Positions 1 through 8,146 of a stretch of DNA of 64,000 nucleotides are shown here, in pieces (position 1 is the stretch's first letter; each line of letters starts with the position of its first letter). Under the pieces are notes generated by a model that was not told the origin of the DNA, did not search any database, and was given only the letters and a program-made list of their open reading frames with translations. Source of the stretch: a virus. Lineage: Duplodnaviria > Caudoviricetes. Location: IMG/VR virus record IMGVR_UViG_3300014205_000180, positions 64,001-128,000 of that record; one strand, given 5' to 3'. The translations under genes were made by a program, and so were the position numbers.

Positions 1-3000
1 CAGAAGATAATGTAGATAGTGATTGCGTAGACTCAGAAGATACAGAAGATAATGTCGATAATGACTGAGTAGACTCAGAAGAAGCAGTTGATTCAGATGA
101 TAATGTCGATAATGACTGTGTTGATGGTGAAGAAGCAGTAGATTCAGATGATAATGTCGATAACGACTGCGTAGACTCAGAAAAGGCAGTTGATTCAGAT
201 GATAATGTCGATAATGACTGTGTTGATGGTGAAGAAGCAGTAGATTCAGATGATAATGTTGATAACGACTGCGTAGACGGTGATGAATTAGTAGATTCAG
301 ATGATAATGTTGATAACGACTGCGTAGACGGTGATGAATTAGTAGATTCAGAAGATAATGTTGATAATGATTCAGTAGATGGTGATGAATTAGTCGATTC
401 AGAAGATAGTGTTGATAATGATTGCGTAGATTCAGAAGAAACAGTTGATTCAGATGATTGTGTTGATAACGACTGCGTTGATGGTGAAGAGACAGTAGAT
501 TCAGATGATAATGTTGATAACGATTGTGTAGACGGTGATGAAATCGTAGATTCAGAAGATAATGTCGATAATGACTGTGTAGATTCAGAAGAAACAGAAG
601 ATAGTGTTGATAATGATTGTGTAGACTCAGAAGAATTAGTAGATTCAGATGATTGAGTTGACAGCGAAAAATTAGTTGATTCAGAAGATAATGTCGATAG
701 TGACTGTGTAGACGGTGATGAGTTAGTTGATTCAGAAGAAAGCGTTGATAATGACTGTGTTGATAGTGATGAATTAGTTGATTCAGAAGATAATGTTGAT
801 AATGACTGTGTTGATAGTGATGAATTAGTTGATTCAGAAGATAATGTTGATAATGACTGAGTTGATAGTGATGAATTAGTTGATTCAGAAGATAATGTTG
901 ATAATGACTGAGTTGATTCAGAAGATAATGTTGATAATGACTGAGTTGATTCAGAAGATAATGTTGATAATGACTGAGTAGATTCAGAAGAATTAGTAGA
1001 TTCAGAAAATAACGTTGATAATGACTGTGTAGATTGAGATGAGATAGTTGATTCAGACGAGATAGTTGATAACGATTGCGTTGATGGTGATGAATTGGTA
1101 GATTCAGAAGATAGCGTTGATAATGATTGCGTAGACGGTGATGAAGCAGAAGATAGTGATTCAGTAGACAATGAAGAGACAGTAGACTCAGACGATAATG
1201 TCGATAATGATTGTGTAGACGGTGATGAAACAGTCGATTCAGTTGATAATGTTGATAATGACTGCGTAGATGGCGATGAAACAGTTGATTCAGAAGATAA
1301 CGTAGATTCAGATGACTGCGTTGACAATGAAAAATCTGATGGCGATGATTGTGAAGATAATGTTGATAATGACTGTGTAGACGGTGATGAATTAGTAGAT
1401 TCAGTAGATAATGTTGATAATGACTGTGTTGACGGTGATGAGTTAGTTGATTCAGAAGATAATGTTGATAATGACTGCGTAGACGGTGATGAATTAGTAG
1501 ATTCAGAAGATAATGTTGATAATGACTGTGTAGACGGTGAAGAGACAGTTGATTCAGAAGATAATGTTGACAATGACTGTGTAGATGCAGAAGATACAGA
1601 AGATTCAGAAGATAACGTTGATAATGATTGTGTAGACTCAGAAGAAGCAGTAGATTCAGAAGAAATAGTTGATTCAGAAGATAATGTTGACAATGATTGT
1701 GTAGATTCAGAAGAAACAGTTGACTCGGAAGAAGCAGTAGATTCAGAAGATAATGTCGATAATGACTGTGTAGATGGTGATGAGTTAGTTGATTCGAAAG
1801 ATAATGTTGATAATGATTGTGTCGATTCAGAAGAAACAGAAGATAATGTTGATAATGACTGCGTAGATTCAGAAGACAATGTTGATTCAGATGATTGAGT
1901 TGATAATGAAAAATCTGATGGTGAAGATTGTGAAGATAATGTTGACAATGACTGCGTAGATGGCGATGAAACAGTAGACTCAGAAGATAATGTAGACTCA
2001 GACTGTGTTGATTCAGAAGATAACGTTGATAGTGATTCAGTAGATTGCGATGAAATAGTAGATTCAGAAGATACAGTTGATAATGACTGTGTTGATAATG
2101 ACTGTGTTGATAATGACTGTGTTGATAATGACTGTGTTGATAATGACTGTGTTGATAATGATGAAACAGCAGATTCAGAAGATACAGTTGATAATGATTC
2201 AGTAGACAGCGAAGAGGCAGTAGATTCAGAAGATAACGTTGATAACGATTGTGTTGATGGTGATGAATCAGTAGACTCAGAAGATAATGTAGATTCAGAT
2301 GACTGCGTTGACAATGAAAAATCTGATGGCGATGATTGTGAAGATAATGACTGTGTTGATGGTGAAGAGACAGTCGATTCAGATGATAACGATTCGGTAG
2401 ATAGTGATGAAGCAGTAGATTCAGAAGATAATGTCGATAATGACTGCGTAGACGGTGATGAAGCAGTAGATTCAGAAGATAATGTCGATAATGACTGCGT
2501 AGACGGTGATGAGTTAGTTGATTCAGAAGATAATGTCGATAATGACTGAGTAGACTCAGAAGAAGCAGTTGATTCAGATGATAATGTCGATAATGATTGT
2601 GTTGATGGTGAGGAAGCAGTAGATTCAGATGATAATGTCGATAATGACTGTGTTGATGGTGAAGAAACAGTCGATTCAGATGATAATGTAGATAATGATT
2701 CGGTAGATAATGATGAAGCAGTAGATTCAGATGATAATGTCGATAATGACTGAGTTGATGGTGAGGAAACAGTAGATTCAGATGATAATGTCGATAATGA
2801 AAAATCAGATGGAGATGACTGCGAAGATAATGTTGATAATGATTTCGTAGATTCAGAAGAAATAGTTGATTCAGATGAAAGTGTCGATAGTGACTGTGTA
2901 GACTCAGAAGATAATGTTGATTCAGAAGATAATGTTGACAATGATTCAGTTGATTGTGATGAAATAGTTGATTCAGAAGATAATGTCGATAATGACTGTG

Positions 3001-4830
3001 TAGATGGCGACGAAATAGTTGATTCAGAAGATAGTGTCGATAGTGACTGTGTAGACTCAGAAGATAATGTAGACTCAGAAGATAATGTTGATAATGATTC
3101 AGTTGATTGCGATGAAGCGGTAGATTCGGAAGATTGTGTAGACTGTGAAGAAGCAGTAGATTCAGAAGACTGTGTTGATAATGACTGCGTAGATAACGAA
3201 GATAACGTTGATTCTGAAGATGAAGATGATGATGATTCAGTCGACTGTGATGAAATAGTAGATTCTGAAGATAATGTAGATAATGATCGCGTTGATAGTG
3301 AAGATATGGTAGATTGTGTCGAAAATGATTCACTTGACAATGATGAAGAAGTTGATTCAGAAGACTGTGTTGATAATGAAATAGTAGATTGCGATGAAAT
3401 AGTAGACTGCGATGAAATAGTTGATTGTGACGATAAGGATCTTGAAGAATCAGAAGATGACGACGATGAACTAAAAGATTGTGATGATAACGATCTTGAA
3501 GAATCAGAAGATGATGTAGAAGAGGATAATGACGACAATGATCTTGAAGAATCAGAAGATGATGTAGAAGATAACGAAGATAATGAAGATAATGAAGATA
3601 ATGAAAAATCAGACGGAGATGAATTTGAAGATAGTGATACTAAAGATATCAAAGAAAGTGACGATGATGAAGTTGAATAAGAAGAATTAGTTGATGTTGA
3701 TGAAGAAGAAGTAGACGAAGATGAAATTGAGTTTGAACTTAACGATGTTAATGAAGATTCTGTTGACCAAGAAGTAATAGATGATGATAATGATGAATTA
3801 GTAGAAGTTGAAGATGACGATAATGATTCAGATGATAAAGATAATTCTGATATAGAAGATAATGATGTTAACGAAGTTGCTGATGATGGTGTAGATGACG
3901 ATGATGTCGAAGATGATTGCGTTGATAATGAATATGATGATATTGATGATGGTGTTGAATATGACGATGATTCAGATGATAGTGTCGATAATGAAAGTGA
4001 AGAGTTAGATGATGAAAGTGAAGATAAAGATGAATTTGATAATGTTGATTCAGATGAATATGAAGATTCAGATGATGATGTCGAAGATGATTGCGTTGAT
4101 AATGAATATGATGATATTGATGATGGTGTTGAGTATGACGATGATTCAGATGATAGTGTCGATAATGAAAGTGAAGAACTTGATAATGATGAATTAGTAG
4201 AAGTTGAAGATGATAATGTCGATTCAGATGAATATGAAGAATCCGAAGATGTTGTTGAAGATGATAATGTTGATAATGAAGAATCAGAAGATATTGATGA
4301 TGACAATGATGAATTAGTAGAAGTTGATGACGATGATGATGATTCAGACGACAATGACGATAAGGATAATGAACTAAAAGAAGATATTGTTGACAATGAT
4401 GAATCAGATGATAATGATGTTTCCGAACTAAAAGTTGATAACGAGCTAATTGAAATAGATGTATCAGAAGATTGTGATTCTGAAGATAGCGATGTTGATT
4501 CTGAAGATAATGATGTTGATTCTGAAGATAATGATGTTGATTCTGTAGATAATGATGTCGATGATTCTGTAGATAATGATATAGATGATTCTGTCGATAA
4601 TGAAGATACTGATGATTCTGTCGATACTGATGATTCTGATGTAGATTTAGATGATATCGAACTAAGTGATTTAATAGTAGATTCTGAAGAATAAGATGAT
4701 GATTCAGAAGTAATTGATGTTGACTCAGTTGATAATGAACTAATAGAAGATATCGATGAACTTAATGATATAGATGAATATGAAGACATGATCATTGTAG
4801 ATGAAGAGCTAGAACTTCTATCATCGAATA
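1..4830 (-). repeat. Degenerate coding repeat array (Ser-rich)
   Basis: Recurrent gattcagaagataatgttgataatgactgtgtaga units. There is a ~105-bp direct duplication at ~3899-4002 and ~4073-4177. Confidence 0.95.
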
Positions 4831-5119
4831 TTTCATGCAATTTTTTGCACGCGTAGTCTAAATCTATATCATAATCTACTTCACTTAATACTATATAATT
4901 TCTTATAAATTTTGTATTAGATCTAACTCTTAACCTATCATATTTTCTTGGATCATCACCATCATCTGGCATTGTTATTAATTTGCAGTCTATTCCTAAA
5001 ACACTGCAAAAAAGATTAACTTCAACAGATGTATATTTATCGATTATTACTTCATTATCAGCAAGTCTTAATGTTAACGCTTTATATCTTGGAGTAGTTA
5101 TCAATACAAATTCACACAT
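1..5119 (-). CDS. Giant Ser/Thr/Glu-rich repeat (mucin-like) protein, >1706 aa, 3'-partial
   Basis: ATG at 5119 with AGGT SD-like site upstream. Reads MCEFVLITTPRYKALTLRLADNEVIIDKYTSVEVNLFCSVLGIDCKL...LHEIFDDRSSSSSS, then STQSLSTLSSES-type repeats. The same frame is still in register at base 1 (...LSS). Its absence from the ORF track fits a frame with no stop inside the window. Confidence 0.92.
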   Translation of the reverse strand, partial: MCEFVLITTPRYKALTLRLADNEVIIDKYTSVEVNLFCSVLGIDCKLITMPDDGDDPRKYDRLRVRSNTKFIRNYIVLSEVDYDIDLDYACKKLHEIFDDRSSSSSSTMIMSSYSSISLSSSISSISSLSTESTSITSESSSYSSESTIKSLSSISSKSTSESSVSTESSVSSLSTESSISLSTESSTSLSTESTSLSSESTSLSSESTSLSSESQSSDTSISISSLSTFSSETSLSSDSSLSTISSFSSLSLSSLSSESSSSSSTSTNSSLSSSISSDSSLSTLSSSTTSSDSSYSSESTLSSSTSTNSSLSSSSLSLSTLSSESSSYSTPSSISSYSLSTQSSSTSSSESSYSSESTLSNSSLSSLSSSNSSLSLSTLSSESSSYSTPSSISSYSLSTQSSSTSSSSTPSSATSLTSLSSISELSLSSESLSSSSTSTNSSLSSSITSWSTESSLTSLSSNSISSSSTSSSSTSTNSSYSTSSSSLSLISLVSLSSNSSPSDFSLSSLSSLSSLSSTSSSDSSRSLSSLSSSTSSSDSSRSLSSQSFSSSSSSSDSSRSLSSQSTISSQSTISSQSTISLSTQSSESTSSSLSSESFSTQSTISSLSTRSLSTLSSESTISSQSTESSSSSSSESTLSSLSTQSLSTQSSESTASSQSTQSSESTASSQSTESLSTLSSESTLSSESTQSLSTLSSESTISSPSTQSLSTLSSESTISSQSTESLSTLSSESTLSSESTQSLSTLSSESTISSESTKSLSTLSSQSSPSDFSLSTLSSESTVSSPSTQSLSTLSSESTASSLSTESLSTLSSESTVSSPSTQSLSTLSSESTASSPSTQSLSTLSSESTASSESTQSLSTLSSESTNSSPSTQSLSTLSSESTASSPSTQSLSTLSSESTASSLSTESLSSESTVSSPSTQSLSSQSSPSDFSLSTQSSESTLSSESTDSSPSTQSLSTLSSESTASSLSTESLSTVSSESAVSSLSTQSLSTQSLSTQSLSTQSLSTQSLSTVSSESTISSQSTESLSTLSSESTQSESTLSSESTVSSPSTQSLSTLSSQSSPSDFSLSTQSSESTLSSESTQSLSTLSSVSSESTQSLSTLSFESTNSSPSTQSLSTLSSESTASSESTVSSESTQSLSTLSSESTISSESTASSESTQSLSTLSSESSVSSASTQSLSTLSSESTVSSPSTQSLSTLSSESTNSSPSTQSLSTLSSESTNSSPSTQSLSTLSTESTNSSPSTQSLSTLSSQSSPSDFSLSTQSSESTLSSESTVSSPSTQSLSTLSTESTVSSPSTQSLSTLSSESTVSSLSTESLSSASSPSTQSLSTLSSESTNSSPSTQSLSTISSESTISSQSTQSLSTLFSESTNSSESTQSLSTLSSESTQSLSTLSSESTQSLSTLSSESTNSSLSTQSLSTLSSESTNSSLSTQSLSTLSSESTNSSLSTQSLSTLSSESTNSSPSTQSLSTLSSESTNFSLSTQSSESTNSSESTQSLSTLSSVSSESTQSLSTLSSESTISSPSTQSLSTLSSESTVSSPSTQSLSTQSSESTVSSESTQSLSTLSSESTNSSPSTESLSTLSSESTNSSPSTQSLSTLSSESTNSSPSTQSLSTLSSESTASSPSTQSLSTLSSESTAFSESTQSLSTLSSESTASSPSTQSLSTLSSESTASSESTQSLSTLSSVSSESTQSLSTLSS
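2076..2161. repeat. Perfect 15-bp tandem repeat (gttgataatgactgt, ~5.7 copies; encodes TQSLS)
   Basis: Read directly from the sequence. Confidence 0.95.
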
Positions 5120-5190
5120 ATGATTTACCTGCTATTAATTTACATAGTTTAGCACCATGCATATTATATATTTGAATATGCACATACTAA

Positions 5191-6309
5191 TCATTTTATA
5201 TAATATTCTTTATTTATGACCTTTATATATCCTTCATGATTACCTGCCCTAAGCTCCGCTGGAACTAATACATCAACCCCATTTTCTATATCATGAACAA
5301 CCTTGCTTATAGCATCATTTGCAAATTTGTCTCTTTTACTATTGGTTATTTCTATCGTTGCAAGAGACATCGGTATCCTACATTCTGGGTATCCAACATC
5401 TCTAGCTGCAATATAGGCATTTAAAGCACAAATTTGTGCCATTTGGCTATGTGGCGCATCTTCTGAACTACTTATCAAAATTCTCCTAGCAATAAATCGC
5501 ATATCTTCACCACTAAGCATCCATCGGCCAAGGAAATATAAAGCTTGATTAACATCAGAATTTTGCACAGAATTTTGCCAAGCAGAAGCAAAATCGAAAT
5601 GTTCATTACCATTTGGACTTAAATAAAGGTGTTTACATGGTATAGCAATATCAACCAATGATTCAGTTACAGATCCATCACCATCAATTAATGATTCAAT
5701 TATTGTTTCAAGGACTGTGATTAATTTTCTCGGATCACCACTACATCTATTAATCAATAATATAACAGAGTCAGGTTCAACTTTAATTGATCTACCCTTA
5801 TCTTTATAATATTTAAAAACCTTTAACATTAATTTCATCATATCTTGTTTATCTAATGGCTTAGTTTCCCATACTAATACTCTACTCAAAATTGCCGCAT
5901 TAACAGAATGAGCAGGCTTTTCTACAGTTGTTCCAACTATAGTTATTATACCTTCTTCTACTGCTGGTAATAAAATATCTTGAACATTCTTAGCGAATCT
6001 ATGAAATTCTTGTAATAATAATAAATATTTAGTTCCCATTTTAAGTCTTGCTTCAGCTATTTCTAAAATTTTTCTAATGTCAGCGACTTTTGCTTCTGTA
6101 GCGTCTAACTCTTTGAATTCATAACCAGCATCATTAGCCAATGCCCTAGTTATTGTAGTTTTTGAACATCCAGTAGGACCCCATAGAATAAAACTAGTAA
6201 GTTTTTTAGATTTAGCCATTGCCGATATTGGACCATTATCACCGATCAAATGTTTTTGGCCAACCACTTCAGAAAGTGTACTTGGCCTTAAAATATGTGC
6301 TAATGTCAT
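5191..6309 (-). CDS. rarA: RarA/MgsA family AAA+ ATPase, variant Walker motifs, short C-terminus
   Basis: LAHILRPSTLSEVVGQKHL, SFILWGPTGCSKTT, QEFHRF, QDILLPAVEEG, ARRILISSSED. Start moved to the ATG at 6309. Confidence 0.9.
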   Translation of the reverse strand: MTLAHILRPSTLSEVVGQKHLIGDNGPISAMAKSKKLTSFILWGPTGCSKTTITRALANDAGYEFKELDATEAKVADIRKILEIAEARLKMGTKYLLLLQEFHRFAKNVQDILLPAVEEGIITIVGTTVEKPAHSVNAAILSRVLVWETKPLDKQDMMKLMLKVFKYYKDKGRSIKVEPDSVILLINRCSGDPRKLITVLETIIESLIDGDGSVTESLVDIAIPCKHLYLSPNGNEHFDFASAWQNSVQNSDVNQALYFLGRWMLSGEDMRFIARRILISSSEDAPHSQMAQICALNAYIAARDVGYPECRIPMSLATIEITNSKRDKFANDAISKVVHDIENGVDVLVPAELRAGNHEGYIKVINKEYYIK

Positions 6310-6358
6310 AATTATAATATACAAAGCTCAAAATATAAAATTATAAGTAAATATTAAT

Positions 6359-6538
6359 ATGAATCAAGATTACATCATATGGTATGGACCATATAGTGGA
6401 AAAGATGTTAGAGAATTAGCAAAAAATGAAGAATCTAAAATTTATATAAAGAATCAATTTGAAATGCTTGGTGAATGTCGTTTAAAACAAGCTATAAGAG
6501 AAGCGCTCAAGTACACATCTGATAATTGTCAATCATAA
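6359..6538 (+). CDS. Small hypothetical protein (59 aa), not in the ORF track
   Basis: MNQDYIIWYGPYSGKDVRELAK...SDNCQS*. Fills the gap and is preceded by TAAATATT. WYGPYSGK resembles the common phage FGKYKG-type module. Confidence 0.65.
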   Translation: MNQDYIIWYGPYSGKDVRELAKNEESKIYIKNQFEMLGECRLKQAIREALKYTSDNCQS

Positions 6539-6959
6539 TATCAAATTTTGTTTTAAAATATGACTCTGATTTTAAATAAGCATCACTTTTAAATTCGTTA
6601 AATTTTTCTTCATCAAACTTTGATATTAAAAATTCTGCTTTACATTTATTACATAAAGCCTTTTGTAAAGAGAAGTGATCTGGAGCATAACTTATTGATC
6701 CACATTTAGGGCATCTTGATTCTATATATATTATATTCTTAGGAGCTTCTATTTTAAAGAAAATTGGTATTTCAGATGAAAATTTTTTAGTGATAAATCT
6801 CTGTTCATTTAATATTTCACTATTATTTATAACGTATCGTTGAAATTCTGAATTAACAATTTCTATCGGCTTCATATGAATAAAATGACCTCGCATTTTT
6901 AACGACTTATTTTTATTTTCAGAATGTTCAGATATTAAGCCGTAAAATAGAAAATGCAT
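6507..6959 (-). CDS. Zinc-ribbon hypothetical protein
   Basis: CPKC...CNKC; GGAG upstream. Confidence 0.7.
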   Translation of the reverse strand: MHFLFYGLISEHSENKNKSLKMRGHFIHMKPIEIVNSEFQRYVINNSEILNEQRFITKKFSSEIPIFFKIEAPKNIIYIESRCPKCGSISYAPDHFSLQKALCNKCKAEFLISKFDEEKFNEFKSDAYLKSESYFKTKFDIMIDNYQMCT

Positions 6960-7069
6960 TGGTGGTGTTCTCCGTATTTTGTTAGTTTATCTGATGGGAA
7001 AAAAGAATCAACAATTGATTTAATATCACCTAATAATTAAATACATCGTACAATAGTATTTAAGAAATC

Positions 7070-7708
7070 ATGCCTATACAATTACAAATAGAAAAACTCC
7101 TAGCAACAACTAATTACGATGATTTCTTTAACTTATCAGAAGGTATCAAACTGTCAGACATCCCACTTCAAGATAGTTTATTAATAGCTGATAAAAGAGA
7201 TGAATTAAAAAAACTAAAATATTTTAATGATAATAAAATTCGTTTTACTTATTCTAATGATGAATATGGTGAATTAGCAAAAGAACTGCATAAAGAAATA
7301 GGGATACCAAAATATGCATATCCAGGTGACGCTGGTTTTGATCTTCCGATAGTTTTATCTAGAGAAGACATTAAAAATGGCTCACAAATTATATGGCCAC
7401 ATGAACGAAGCATTCTTTACACTGGGATGATTTTTGAATTTCCAGTTGGATATCATGGAAGGATAATCCATCGTAGCAGTTGTGAAAAGAATTATCGTTT
7501 AAGAGTCATTGAAGGAACAATCGACGATTACAGAGGCCAAGTTTTAATACAAGTTGCTAATCAAAATAGCTGCCAAGTAGTTGTCAGGCATGGCAATAGA
7601 CTAGCACAAATGATAATTTTACCAAATGCTGGTTTTGAAATTGAACAAGCCTTAGAATTACGTCAATCTAAAAGAAGTTCAAGGGGATTCGGCAGTTCAG
7701 GAAAATAA
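7070..7708 (+). CDS. dut: Trimeric dUTPase with N-terminal extension
   Basis: GDAGFDL, HRSS, GTIDDYRG, RLAQMI, RSSRGFGSSG (motifs I-V). Confidence 0.95.
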   Translation: MPIQLQIEKLLATTNYDDFFNLSEGIKLSDIPLQDSLLIADKRDELKKLKYFNDNKIRFTYSNDEYGELAKELHKEIGIPKYAYPGDAGFDLPIVLSREDIKNGSQIIWPHERSILYTGMIFEFPVGYHGRIIHRSSCEKNYRLRVIEGTIDDYRGQVLIQVANQNSCQVVVRHGNRLAQMIILPNAGFEIEQALELRQSKRSSRGFGSSGK

Positions 7709-7738
7709 TTTTACATAATTAAGAAAAATAAATAAAAC

Positions 7739-8146
7739 GTGAGCACTAAATGGTTATATATAGGATGTAGACTATCTGAATTGCCGCCTAATTTTTTAAC
7801 TGATTCAAAAAAATTAACTAAAGATGAAATAAAACAAATATTAGAATCGATACCGATAGAAGATGGCTCAGCTTATGCAAATTCAGAAGAAGATTTAGTT
7901 AGAACATTAATAAGTAATGGTATTTTTCCAGTAAAAATAAAACCATATAGCAACCTTGATAATAAAATTTTAAAATTAAAGAAAATTAGAAATATCGCAG
8001 CAAGAAATGAACCGATGAGAAACAATGCTGAAGAAGTTAAAATATTAAATCAATATGAAAAGCCAAAAAAATCAATGTTTTCAGTTATCGTTGTATTAAC
8101 TATAATAGTAACCATAATTGCAATAGTTATAATTTTAATTAGATGA
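7739..8146 (+). CDS. C-terminally membrane-anchored hypothetical protein
   Basis: Hydrophobic C-terminal tail SVIVVLTIIVTIIAIVIILIR. Confidence 0.75.
   Translation: MSTKWLYIGCRLSELPPNFLTDSKKLTKDEIKQILESIPIEDGSAYANSEEDLVRTLISNGIFPVKIKPYSNLDNKILKLKKIRNIAARNEPMRNNAEEVKILNQYEKPKKSMFSVIVVLTIIVTIIAIVIILIR

Noticed and set aside
1-4800. Asp/Glu-rich + strand ORFs (1095-1898, 3306-3680, 4009-4197), and the idea that TGA is recoded because it alternates with TGT/TGC in the repeats
   Set aside because: The alternation is synonymous Thr wobble (ACT/ACA/ACG) in the open minus-strand frame. Conserved genes elsewhere translate intact in code 11 and several end in TGA.
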